64,000 nt of DNA from the human T2T-CHM13v2.0 reference genome, Homo sapiens. The notes beneath the pieces were generated by a model. It was not told the DNA's origin and did not search any database. It saw only the letters and a list, made by a program, of their open reading frames with translations. Shown here piece after piece: positions 32,421 through 52,605 of the stretch. The DNA is taken from the NCBI RefSeq assembly GCF_009914755.1, contig NC_060927.1; one strand, 5' to 3'. Position 1 is the first letter of the stretch. Each line of letters opens with the position of its first letter. The position numbers and the translations under genes are program-made.

Positions 32421-34029
32421 AAATATGAAGAAGATGTAACATTTTACCAGCTATTCTAATCATAGCTTTTCTTTTCTTTTCGTAAGGGACAACATAAAAC
32501 CCCAAAGGTAAAGCATATATTTCTGGTGTTCAATTTTACAATTTAGCATCTTTTCCAACCCACTTCCATACTCCCAAATAATAATGCCTATCAGATTAAA
32601 GAAGTTACTTTATTTTTGCATGAAATTGGTTGTATTTTTGTTGCACTACTTCATCCTTTGAGTATTGTGAAAAGTCTGCGCATTGACTATAATAGCATTT
32701 AAAGCCAAGTTTGAAGGTCTAAGATAATGGCACACATCCATGTCCTTTGCTCACAAGTTCTGCCTAAAGACTTTAGCCTGCTTGAAACACTCTAAAGGTT
32801 GTGAAATTAATGGATATACCACTGATGCAACACAACTCAGTGTCACCAGCTAGGGAGTTAAGACATGTTCTTGTTACTGAGAAGGGCTGTTGTTCATGCA
32901 AATATTTTGTTCATTTGTTCTTTCATGGGTAATTGCACGGAGTAACAAAAAACACCTCCTCAACTTACAGCTTGGCAGAAACAGTAGCTTATGTTTTCTA
33001 GAGACAAAATTAGAAGCAGGCTTTCTGGACCCATCTCTAAGTCAAAATAAAATAAAATGTCTAGGGAACCACTGTGCCTCCCAGTAACTATGGTCCATGG
33101 AATAATATTGTTTAGGTCAAGGTGTCCCAGAGTAAAAGGGAAGGGAGAAGGGCAGGGGGGAAGGGGAAAAGTGTGTTTGGGCAATGTTTTCATAGAGATG
33201 AAGAGGCAAGCTGTTTTTCTTTCTTACTTTGTCCTTTCAACTTAGAAAAATAAGAAAACCATCTAGGACCACAACCTTCCTCTTGTAATCAGCAAAAGAG
33301 AAAAAACTGAATATACATCGTTAAGGGGAATGGTTATGGCTTAAGTTGTATTTTATTGATAATGTTGAAGATTAACATTTTTTGGAGAGAACTTAAGTCT
33401 TAACAAAACTAAACTATTGAGAAAGTATTGTTATTTTTCCATCTTTAGTAGCAAAATGAAAATTTACTCTACTCTTCTGCATAAAATATGATCATCAATT
33501 GGCAAGAATTTGGTTAAAAAAAAAAACTGTGCATAGAATATGCACATGGGAAGATAGAATAATAAGATGCTGTCCTTTTACTCCAGACTGGAAGTCTAAT
33601 GGTGGAGATAGTTATCCAGATAATTATATCTGAGTTAAAGGAGGAGGTACAAAGTGCTGTGGGAACACAGAGAATGGAGTGTTTTTAAGTTGGAGGATTC
33701 ATAGATGGTTTTACAGAGAAAGTAGCATTTGGACTGGGTTTTGAAAGACAAACAGGCTTGTGGCATGAAGAGGTGAGGAGTAGGAAGAAGATACAGCAGC
33801 CTCAGTAACCTGTATGACTAAAAGAGGCAGGGCATGTTTAACCTGGGCAGATAGTATGATATGCCCAGCCACCAGATATGCCAAGAATGGGAGCGAGGTC
33901 TGGGATAACCAGTGGAAATAAGACTGAAAAAGTAAGTTAGGGCTGAGACATAGAGGGCCTTGAATGCCAAGCTAAAAGGCCAGTGTTTCTCCTGCTTTTC
34001 CACCAGTATGCCCTTACTAGTAGAGGACA

Positions 34030-34730
<701 letters not shown>

Positions 34731-34923
34731 AGCAAAACAAAACGAAAACAGAAAACAGCATCCTTTTAGCCATGAGATGTACTACAAGTACAGAGTTTTC
34801 TAGGAATTTCATATAATATTTTTAAAAATTACATGAACTTTTCCTTCTTTCCTTAACACATAGATGGCTATTTTCACATTAAAAATTTTCCCAAAATTTC
34901 CACAATGTAATACACGACCCCTA

Positions 34924-35157
<234 letters not shown>

Positions 35158-35801
35158 TCACTGAAATTGTATGTTAAAAATGAAACAAAGCAAAATTAAA
35201 CCAGTAAAATCATGAGCAACCAATTTCTCTCCCACCCCAGATATTTGTGCATCCTTATTTTCATTTCCCAGTATTCATACAAAAGCATATCCACTACCTT
35301 TAACTCACTTTGTCAGCCTTTATTCTGTATGCAGAAAACTTTGCAATAGCATAGTGAGAAATAGGTGATAAACCCACCTTTGTGGATATTACAGTGTAGA
35401 CAAGGGAAATATACTTTAATATGAAAATAAGTTATACTAAGAAAAGTAGATACAGAAATGAAAATTAAGCCTGCCAAGGAGACAGACAAAGTAAATGGAA
35501 TGACCTGGGTTAGACAGGTTTGGACGAATTTTGAAACAAAGGACACAGTTGGATGGGTGCCCTGTCCTTAGGAGCACAGACTTTTTTCTGGATGTCATTG
35601 AGACCTAGAATGACCTTTAACTATCACCAGTACACATTCCCCTTTTTGGTGTGCAGTGTTGACACTGAAACACAGATAACTTAAGGTTGTTTGGGTACTT
35701 ATTTATGTAGATAGACATGTGAACCCATACGGTACCTAATTAGTCCTCTTGAAACCACAAACGCGCATTCACAGGACCAGTCTTGTTTATATTTTCAAGG
35801 C

Positions 35802-36225
<424 letters not shown>

Positions 36226-37599
36226 TGAGAGCATTAAAATAAAATTGCTCCAAAAAAATGATAAATAAATAAAAGAAAAGAAAAAGGAAAAGCAAGAGGC
36301 CCATGCACAGATACACAGAGGAGAGTGGCCCCTCCTCCATAAGCCTGTTTCATCAATGAGAGAATCAAGAGAGTATGTATATACAGAAGAGAGTTTCAGG
36401 GTCAGTCTTGAGTTTGCATCTTCTACTTCCTAGCTAGAGGACCTTGAACAATTCACTTTACTTCTTTGGTCCTAGCTTGCTTATCTATAAAGTGGGAATA
36501 ATATTTCAGATTATGCAGAAGAAAAGGTAGGATGTACCGGGCACATGGGAAGTGCTTGATCAATACCAATTTGCTTCCCTCCTTCCCTGCCCCTTCTGCT
36601 GAAACTTCACAGCTATCTCATTAAGTCATCAATGTATTTAGTATTTAATAAATAAATATTTAACGAGCACCTACTATGAGACAAGCCCTTTGTTAGCCAG
36701 TGGGGATATGACTGCAAACAAGAAAGATACGCCTATGATTTGATGAATCCTGGAGTTTATGAGCAGCTCATCTCTGTCTCCCGTGTGAGCAGTCCTAAAT
36801 TTACACAGCTCTCCACTGGTGTTTTTGACCACAGAGTTAACATTTAAAATACCTATGACTGCTTTTTTGGCACCACTTTGAATAATGAACTGGTGTCAGG
36901 TAAACAGAGTCCAGGTACCTATTGCAGAAAGTTTTCCAGTCTGCACCCTCGGTGGCTCACAAGTTTACATGAAGTGAACCAAAAGAGTTTTGTTGCACTT
37001 ACTGTGACAATAAATCATGTTTAGAAAAATGCATGTGGCATACATGATATTGGGCAAATGATTCATGAAACTTGCTATTCTGTGGCCTTAGAATCCATGT
37101 AAGCATTTTTCCTTTGTCTTTTATGTGTTTTCTTGTTTCTATCTCTGTTTTGTTTTGTTTTTGTTTTGGGGATGGTTTAAAATTAATGCTGGGCTAGAGT
37201 CTGATTTTGACACTCTCGGGTGTGATCAAATGTTTCCACATATCTCTCTAACCTTTCTATTCTCAATGTGGGGAAAACTTTCTCCGCTTTAAGAAAAGGT
37301 GTATCCACAGAAAAGATTATTGAGTAATTTTTCATAGTACAGAAGTAATAATTGAGTGATTTTTCCCTTTAAAATTTTTTTATTTTTGTATTATTTTAAG
37401 AACAAAATTATTTTAGGATGCAATTAAAGAAGAAGTTCATTTACCTAAATTTAATTTGCCAACTTTTCTATTACACAAAAGCATTATAAATACAAGTAGA
37501 ATAGCAAAAATTTCATCCTAAAGAGAAAAATATTTTGGGCTTCTAATTTCAAGAGAGTAAAATTGTCCTGGAACCCTGTGCACACTTTAAAAACAATCA

Positions 37600-39224
<1,625 letters not shown>

Positions 39225-39229
39225 TAACA

Positions 39230-39843
<614 letters not shown>

Positions 39844-41146
39844 TAACCCTGTAATAAATAATGCTCCAGAGACTAGAAATCTAATAGAGAAGGCATTCAC
39901 CATTCATTTATTCACCCATTTATCCATGAAATATTAGGTATCTATGAAATGCCAGGAAGGGAGCTGGCACGAGGTCAATCTTGCCTTCCCCGCCCCCTCC
40001 TTCCTTCCTCTCTTCTTTCCTTTCTTGCTTACTTCCTTCTTAGGGACATTTTCTACCTTGATTACACTGTCAGTTGTATCTCAGGCTAAGAGTCCATCAT
40101 CCAAACTTTGAATTATTTTGGCCCCTTATAAGTTAATAAGTAACAATTCCAAGTCACTTTGTATTATATAACTTATCTTCACTATATTACTGCTACTACA
40201 GTACATTTTTTCTAGTATGTCCTTTCAGGAGTTTATACTGAAACCTACTTTTAAGCACAAATTTGTTTTAACATTGTAGCCTATTGATAAATTTTCATGC
40301 CATTAACTAAATCAACATCAAAACATCAGACTCAAGAAAAACTAGAACTGCACTTTTTGAGATAAAATGTATTTCTGTGATGCTATTTCCTTGATTTTTA
40401 TCATGTGTGGGCTGACATGCTGGTTTTCCAAAGCCACCACTATGTAATTGGCAATCATTACTTGACAAGTAAGAACTTCCTGTATTTCTAGTGGCTTTTA
40501 AAGATAAATAATATGCTTAGTTATATTTATCTATGCGGTTTTCAGTTAGAGCCTAATATGGAAATTTAGTAGCCCTGAGCCCAACTAGTAAAAGGTAGGG
40601 CTTACTTCCATAAGTTCCGCCACGCTCTGTCAAAGATTATTTCACAAACCACCTCCTTTGACTGAACACTAATGGTAACCTGGGCTCATATTTTTCATGC
40701 ACCTCAAGCTAGGCATACCATGACCTTTTCACAGTGGTGTTCCTTCTGTGGTTCTTTTGCAAGTTGTTTCAAAGTACTTATAAAATGGAATATTTAAATA
40801 AAATGTATAATTTAATATTGTGATGAATACCAAAGACAGAACATTTCCTAGCAAAATAAGCTTCCTTGTCTCAAATCCTCTATGTTGTCTGTTACAGCTG
40901 TAGTATTGCAGGCTACTGGGGGTCATAGAACCACAGACTTAATTCTCATTCCCATTTTATATTTACAGGTGAGGCTTAGAGATGTTATAACTTGCCTGTG
41001 ATTACAAACCTTTCTTTTTCTTGCCTTAACTCCAGTGTTTTTTCATGTTCCACTGTGCTTTTACACTGAAACAATACAAATACAGCATGAAGGTGTACTA
41101 TGGTGGCTTGCCCTGTTGCCTTTTTAGGACTGTTTTCATGGGATAA

Positions 41147-41566
<420 letters not shown>

Positions 41567-42138
41567 TAAGATTTGAAAGCCTAAGAAAGTGGAAAAAGTT
41601 GGGCTGCTTTGCCCCACATTTGTTTCTCCAAATTGATTCTTTGAGACACTGATCTAATTTAATCCTTGCATCTTGCAGATTTTTACAAAAAGGTGACTTC
41701 TCCAAGGTGTCATGGCAAGACAGTGATGACCTGGAACCAGGATGCAGATTTCCTGCATTCTCTAGTTGTTTATTTATTTATTTATTTATTTATTTTGCTA
41801 TACCGTGTAATATTGTATAGACAGAAGATTTTACAGATTATTTATATATGCATATCTTTGGATCCCTAGAGCAATCCTATAAGATTGGACTTCTTTATGG
41901 CCACATTGCAGATGTAGAAATTACAGGTTAGTAAAACTTGCCAAGGTCATCCCTTAGTAAGTGGCAGACCGCAGTCTAGACCCTGACTCCTTAGGTGGTG
42001 TTGGCTCTCAAAGCAGTGCCTCATGTTTCCTTATTCCAGCATCAATGTGAGCCACATACACGGACAGGTAAGGAGGTATAACAGTGTGGGAAAGGAGATA
42101 CTATTTATCCTCATCTCTTTCCTTTGTGAAAAGGGTAT

Positions 42139-42858
<720 letters not shown>

Positions 42859-44007
42859 TGACACTGAATTACATGATCTCTAAAGTCCCTTCAATTGAAA
42901 CAGTTTTTACTCTAAAGGCAACCTAATACAGTGAAAAGGGACAAACCAGAGGTCAGCTCTGCCACTTTCCAAAGTCATTAGCCAGTCACATACACATTGT
43001 ATCCTTCATCAGGCCCCCCATATGTAAAATGACTTGGTTAGATTGGCTACACAAGGTCTTATTCATCTCTAAGTTCTGTAATTTCAAAATGACACTTTGA
43101 AACACTCTGGCAAGAGATGCTTTCATTTAAAACACTAAAACCCGTCCGTTCTGTAATTTAAACCAAGTTAAAATATTTATGACCTTATATGAAATCATTG
43201 TATTAAGTCAGTTATCTAAGATCTTGATGAGTAGTAAGAACATGTCATTTTATTGACTTAGATTTTTTATTGAATGTTTTGTGGTTTTATTGAGTTTTAT
43301 TTTAGATTTAATGAGTTAGAGTTTATTTTTACTGAGTTGGATACCATTTTTGAGTGAGTAAACTGTTGCTAAATTCTGAGCCATATTTATCTGAAGAAAC
43401 CATTCTGTTTTGGTCATGTTGATAATTTACAACTATAAATAAATAAAAACAGCATGGTTGGTTTAAGGTTCCACAATAAGTTATTGTTTTTTATGGGCTA
43501 GTAAAGCACTTAGAAAACTAAAACTTTTAAGCAAATAGTTCCACCATAATCCTATTAGTCACAAATTTGTGGAAAGCTAACATTACTGAAAACAGCTGAA
43601 AATGGAAAGACAAGAACATTGTCAGTAGTTGGTTATAGTGATAAATCTGAGTTCTGAGGGCACTAAAACTTAAAAGCAAGCAGGGAAGAAGAGTAGCAAA
43701 AAGAGAAGAGAGAGGAGGAAATCCAAGTGCCTTCAACTTAGGATTAGAAAGGGTAGAAAGCAGGGAGGGAGAAAAAATACTTAATAAAACCTGAAGACTC
43801 TAGGGGAGTCCTTAACCTATCATAGATTAAAAAGCAAACATAGAAGAAAACTAAGCGTATTGTATACTAACCTGCAGTAATTTGCAAACCATCCAAAATG
43901 TGGATTCCAGAATTCCTAGACTAAAATGTAAGGAAGGTTTTACTCCCTTGGAAAGGGAAAATAGACATCTACACGTTTTAAAGGTAAGAATAAGAAAAAT
44001 ATTATTC

Positions 44008-44420
44008 TTGGAAAATTTAAACATTTAGTAATATACTACTTAATATAAAGAAAATATGTGAATCCACTTATATTTTGATATGCAGTCTTTCAAAATAATT
44101 TTAATATACTCAATGAATAAAATAGCATTTATTGTATACTGATTGCACAGAATAAATTTTTCATAAATATTTACCTTATAAAATAAACCCTGCTTCGGCT
44201 GGGGTTTTTATTCGGCGTAAAGATATAGAACAGCAGTTAGGAAAGAATTAGGACATCTTGATTCCTAAATGGATGATGGGTCGAAAAAGGAAACTTTTTT
44301 TGAATTCTTATTCTGATTTTTATTGAATTCTTAGTATGTACCAGATACTATGTGAGGTACATTTGCATATATCATTATTTAACCACATCCTACTCAGGTT
44401 TTCTCATCTAGAAAATGATT
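44008..44420 (+). repeat. Copy 2 of a local ~400-bp direct duplication
   Basis: Collinear with 42139-42537. Confidence 0.92.
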
Positions 44421-44485
44421 CAGATGATATTGGTAGGATGTGGTTACATAATGAAACATTATCATTTGGCTTCTTCAAGTATACA

Positions 44486-44810
44486 TCAGCAGTTCCCAAA
44501 GTGTGGTCTGGGGCTTGGACCCTTTCAAGGCATCCATGAAGTTGAAACTATATTCATAATAATGATTTTTATTACTTTTTTCACTTTCATTCTCTCAGGA
44601 GTGTATGTGGAGTGTTCTGGAAGCTACATGATGTAGGATGATGACATAGCTCTGGTAGCTAATGGAATGTTTGCTTATGTGTTCTTGTATATAATAATTT
44701 CTCAGTTGTAATTTCTAGTGTGATAAATGTCAGTAAAGATAGCCCACATAAACAAAATCTCTTTGGGGTCTTCTATAATTTTAAAAAGAGTAAAGGGATC
44801 TTGCAACCAT
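44486..44810. mobile_element. hAT-Charlie (Charlie1-related) non-autonomous element
   Basis: cagcagttcccaaagtgtggtc terminus and internal aaactatattcataataat...ttttcactttcattctctca motifs. Confidence 0.7.
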
Positions 44811-45019
44811 AAAGCCTTCAGTCTCATTCTGAAGAAATGCAGTTACTCATTCTTTGCTACTTTGAAACTAGACAAAATTGCTGCCACATTCTGAATACTG
44901 CTGCATTAGACCAGTGGCTGTCAGTAAAGACATCTCCTTAGCTTATAACCAATACGCAATAAAAAGCCAGGAAAATGGAATTAGCAAATGTGTTTAACTC
45001 ATCTGCATGTATTTTCTGA

Positions 45020-45400
45020 GAGGTGTTTTGGAAGCTTCACATTTGCTGTTGTAGTAAAATGTGGGTTATATTCATAATTAAAATACAGTTGACCACAAAG
45101 CTGCAGGCTTATCTATGGATTGAAAAGAATAAACACAGCATAAAACAACTTTTGGTAGATCTTCCTAAACAATTTTACAATGTAAATGGAACAGGTTTAT
45201 ATTAGTGATTCTTGCCAAAAATTCAGTCAGACAGATGAGAATGAGTAGATTGGGTTTGAATTAAGGTGAAATAGTTACAGATTCTTGGGTATGTTAATAT
45301 TGCAAACTTATGTAAAATAAAACCTTTAGCAACTGAAAGATATATATAATTTAGAGCTTGGAAAGCTATCATTTATTTGTTGTTTACATGTTGGAGATAT
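45020..45400 (+). pseudogene. Fossil pogo/Tigger (CENP-B/TIGD/JRK-like) transposase fragment
   Basis: One frame read through stops gives QFYNVNGTGLY**FLPK...ILGYVNIANLCKIKPLATERYI*FRAWK, resembling DDE_1 domain motifs. Confidence 0.7.
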
Positions 45401-46557
45401 ATTTTTTTCTTTGGTAAGTTCCATCCTATTTTTTATCTTTAGTGAAAGATCATTTTGGAACCATAGCCGTACCTAAAGATATAAGTAAATACAGTCTACC
45501 ATACAATACAATGTAATCTAAGTTTGTATTTCTGTATACAAAAGAATGCCGTATGCTTGTTAGCCACTTGTATGTCTATTCATCCCTACTTCAGAAAGAG
45601 TTTTAATTCTTCTCACCTGCCAGTCGTAGCTTATTAATCCAACTTCCAGGGGCCAGACTGCTTCATGGGAAAGCCAACTGCAAGCCCAGCACAGGGCTGT
45701 TAATTTCATTGTAAAATCAACAACACCATTCTGAGGTCTCATTGTCCCTGATGTTTTGTTAAAATTAAAGCAATTAAGGAGAGATCAAAGAAAATTTTTC
45801 AAATGATATGAAAAATTTGTCTGTTACTTTCTAGCAGACAAATGTGCAGACATTAGAATAAATATATACACAAAACAATTTTCTCAGATGGTGACTGATG
45901 CATCTCTAACACACCACATCACAGACTTCCTGATCATCAGAAGAGTAAGTTGTTGAAAATACATTGTTCTATGGACTCTAAAATAATAAAAAAGTGTTAT
46001 TAGAGTGTTTCTTCATCAGTAATATGAAGAAAATTTGGAGAAGCCAGCCTTGTTCTGTAAATCGATAAATAATTTTACAGAAAAGCACTCGATAATATCC
46101 TTACATCTTCCTCTCTAGATTCCTTGAGTCACATAACAAGAAAACACTTGGTTATCGGTGTAAAAAAAGTAAAAGCAAGTTCCAAGATGCATGCTAGGAT
46201 CTGTGTATTCAGTTCAAGATTTTATTTACATATACAGTGTATAATGTTCAGAATGATTATTCATTGAAAGACCTTGGATCATCACAAAAAATGTGATACA
46301 CTTTTGAAAGTCATCAGCTGAGTCATGTCAGAAATTTCCATTATAAGAGTTAAACTTAATTCTCTTTTTTTTTTTTTGAACATGTGTCAAAGATTTATTT
46401 AAAACCCATTAACGAGGGAAAAGCAGGATGGTAAATCTAGTTCAAAGAAGAACTTGAAGGACCAAGAATATATAGTCACTGAAAGAAAGAATCCTGAGAT
46501 AAGATTCAGAATGGTTAATGTTCTACAGGGCAATAAAACCATAACCTTGAGGTTATC

Positions 46558-47758
46558 TTTTCTTTTTTTTATTATTCTTATACTTTAAGTTCTAGGGTAC
46601 ATGTGCACAACGTGCAGGTTTGTTACATAGTTACACATGTGTCATGTTGATTTGCTGAACCCATCAACTTGTCATTTACATTAGGTATTTCTCCTAATGC
46701 TATCCCTCCCCCAACCCTCCACCCCCTGATAGGCCCCACTGTGTGATGTTCCCCGCCCTGTGTCCATGCATTCTCATTGTTCCACTCCCACCTGTGAGTG
46801 AGAACGTGCAGTGTTTGGTTTTCTGTCCTTGTGATAGTTTGCTTAGGATGATGGTTTCCAGCTCCATCCATGCCCCTGCAAAGGATATGGACTCATCCTT
46901 TTTTATGGCTGCATAGTATTCTATGATGTATATGTGCCACATTTTCTTAATCCAGTCAATCATTGATGGACATTTGGGTCAGTTCCAAGTCTCTGCTGTT
47001 GTGAATAGTGCCATAATAAACATATGTGTGCATGTGTCTTTATAGTAGCATGACTTATAATCCTTTGGATATATACCCAGTAATGGGATTGCTGGGTCAA
47101 ATGGTATTTCTAGTTCTAGATCCTTGAGGAATTGCCACACTGTCTTCCACAATGGTTGAACTAATTTACACTTCCACCAACAGTGTAAAAGCATTCCTAT
47201 TTCTCCACATCCTCTCCAGCGTCTGTTTTTTTCCTGACTTTTTAATGATCATCATTCTAAGTGGCGTGAGATGGTATCTCATTATGGTTTTGATTTGCAT
47301 TTCTCTGATGGCCAGTGATGATGAGCATTTTTTCATATGTCTGTTGGCTGCATAAATGTCTTCTTTTGAGAAGTGTCTGTTCATATCCCTTACCCACTTT
47401 TTGATGGGGTTGTTTTTTTCTTGTAAATTTGTTTAAGTTCTTTGTAGATTCTGGATATTAGCCCTTTGTCAGATGGGTAGATTGCAAAAATTTTCTCCCA
47501 TTCTGTAGGCTGCCTGTTCACTCTGATGATAGTTTCTTTTGCTGTGCAGAAACTCTTTAGTTTAATTAGATCCCATTTGTCAATTTTGGCTTTTGTTGCT
47601 ATTGCTTTTGGTGTTTTAGACATGAAGTCTTTGCCCATGCCTATATCCTGAATGGTATTGCCTAGGTTTTCTTCTAGGGTTTTTGTGGTGTTAGGTCTTA
47701 CATTTAAGTCTTTAATCCATCTTGAGTTAATTTTTGTATATGGTGTAAGGAAGGGATC
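46558..47758 (-). mobile_element. 5'-truncated L1PA (about 1.2 kb; ORF2 C-terminus and 3'UTR)
   Basis: Near-consensus primate ORF2 peptides ([33 protein letters not shown]) and 3'UTR. Confidence 0.97.
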
Positions 47759-48449
47759 AATAATTCTCTTATCAAAAAAACCTTCCTCTCCTAGCCATGC
47801 CAAATAACTGAGCACTCTGTGAGCCATCCAGCTGTCAGCTAGCCAAGTAGCATTTTCACCCACTAATATTAGTCTTTAAAAAGCAAGAATCAAAAGAGAA
47901 GTCAAGGAATATCATAAAATATCTATGATCACAATGGCAAACATCAGGATTTTCACCAACATTTATCAATGAGAACAGTTCTATACATTAGCATTCTGTT
48001 CATCTGTGAAAAAAAAACTTTTTGATATCTGAAGGTCCTCAGAACCCTTTGAGAATTAAAGAGACTTCAACTGCCAGCAAATTCTACATCGGGCATATTC
48101 TTTAAGACATTGCTGATCTCACAAGAGGTAGTGAAAACTCTCCAAAACAACATCAATGAAACAAAATGAAACAAACATACCCTCAGTTCCAAGCTGTGAG
48201 CTGCAGGCACACTTAGCAGGTCAGGGTTTTCCCCATGATAGATGCCCAGAGAGGTACAGTGGTGAGCATTGCCCCAAAGGCAGATGGCTGTAGCAGTTTT
48301 CTGAGCAATAAGTGAGAAGGAGCTAAGTGTAGGGCTTCTGAATTAAGCCAGGATTCTCAATAGTGTCTGAAATAGTCATAAGTCAGTAACACCCCTGGCT
48401 ACTGAATTCCTAATTCAGACCTTGTAGGAGTCCCCCAGTTTAAGGTCAA

Positions 48450-50470
<2,021 letters not shown>

Positions 50471-50481
50471 GTATTTTCTTC

Positions 50482-50798
50482 CTTTTTTTTTTTTTTTTTT
50501 TTTTTTGAGACAATGTCTCACTCTGTCACCCAGACTGGAGTGCAGTGGTGCAATCATAACTTGGCTTACTGCAGTTAGACCTCCTGGGCTCATGTGATCC
50601 TTCCATCTCAGCCGCCAGAGTAGTAGCTGTGACTACAGGCGCATGCCACCACACCTGCCTAAATTTTTTGTATTTTTTTATAGAGACAAGGTTTCACCTT
50701 GTTGCCCAGGCTAGTCTCGAACTCCTGGACTCAAGCGATCAATCCGCCTCAGTCTGTCAAAGTGTTGGGATTACAGGTGTGAGCCACCACACCCAGCC
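50482..50798 (-). mobile_element. AluJ
   Basis: Poly(T), dimer, TSD tattttctt. Confidence 0.92.
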
Positions 50799-50984
50799 TA
50801 TATTTTCTTAAAGATCAAGGAAATGACAAACCCAAAATTGAGAATAATGATTACTTTGTCAAACCTATCGCCTTTGTAACATCTCAGTCACAATTGGGAA
50901 TCACAAACTACCAGAGATGGAAGTGCTTTCTCATTTTATAGTTGAAAAAGGTGAGGCCCAGAAAGGAAGTTACGTGACATCTGT

Positions 50985-51580
50985 ATTAATTCCACAAATT
51001 TTAATTTAGCACTATCATAGGCATTTGGATTCCATCCAGGGGTATAAGAGACTATTCCTGCCGCTGAGGAACTTATAATTTTAATTGAGCAGTGAGGGAG
51101 GGGCAGAAAATAAACACTAAAACAATAATAAGTAAATTCTGTGGTGTGTTAGAAAGTCATAAGTGCTATTGGAAAGGAGAAAAACTGGAGCAGAGTAAAG
51201 AAGATCAAGAGTTCCAGAAGAGAGGTGGGGCAGGGACAGGCCACAGTATTAAATAGGTTGGCTTAGCCCCATTGAGAAGGTGAGATGCAAAACTTGAAGG
51301 CGATGAAGGAAATAGGCAAGTGTGTATTTAGAGAAAGCTTTCTTCTTGAGGAAAGAAAGAAGTCAAGAGTGATTTCAAGGATTTTGGCTTGAGAAACTGG
51401 AAGGATGGCGTTGCGTCTGCTGAGATGGAGAAAGCCGCAAGTGAAGTGAGTTTGTAGGGGAGGGTCAGGACTTCAATTTGGACAGGCTGGCTTAGAGATG
51501 GCTATTAATTATTTAAATGAAGCTGTCAAGTAATCAGAACATACTCATCCAGAGTTCTAAATGGACGTTTGGAGAAAGTC
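50985..51580 (-). mobile_element. L2 fragment
   Basis: Purine-rich antisense L2 motifs (tttcaaggattttggcttgagaaactggaaggatgg). Confidence 0.7.
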
Positions 51581-52425
51581 AAAATGCATGTCAATGACCA
51601 AAGCAATACTAATGCAGTGCTTTTTGCACCAAACAGGGCCAGATACATTTGAAAGAATTAGCAATTAAGTTTTATGAAGATGAACACAATAGAAATGAAT
51701 AGGAATATGATGAACCCAAAAAATGGAGTCAGAAAACACGTCCAGTTCGATTTTTTTCAGCTCTTTCCAAAGATGTAAATATAGCAGAATATTCAGTTGG
51801 CCTCAAATTGACATATTTGCCATTTTGAGATAGCAGTCGATTTTGTGAGGATTTATCTGATTACTTCTCATGTTATTCCCATAGTCTCTTTCTGTCTGTA
51901 AGCCACAACAATGATGGGGCACACTTTAAACAACATAAATAAGTGAAACAAATTCTGCAGGAAATTATGCAACATAGAGAATTCCAAAAAAATTATCCAC
52001 ATGTGGATTTTTATTGGCCCTGATCATGTTTTAGAATGAAATGATTATAACTTTGCCAGGCTGCTTAGCACAATTACAAAGGCTGGGGCATGCTGTTGGA
52101 ATGATTTGCAGAGAGACTTAACTGATTACACGGTGTTTTATTTGCATTACATTAAATCCAGAGCACTTCTTAGAGCATGCCGAAAACCAAATGTAGAGCC
52201 AAGATCCAATGAAAGCCGCAGCTGGATGTGGTCAGTGTCTAAGAGCTAAAAAAGGGACCTGGAGATCCTCTGGTTCTTTATTTTATAGCAGAGAACATTT
52301 AGTTCCAGAGAGGTTAAGTGACTTGTCTAAAGTCACCAGTGACAGAATCGTGTCAAGAACCTGCCTTTTCTGATTCCCAGGCCAGTATACCTTTCGCTGT
52401 AGGTTGCTGCTTCCATGTGTCATAA

Positions 52426-52605
<180 letters not shown>

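Noticed and set aside
47390-47863. 157-aa ORF fusing unique sequence to L1 ORF2
   Set aside because: Incidental in-frame junction at the 5' truncation of the L1; non-ATG start and no promoter evidence
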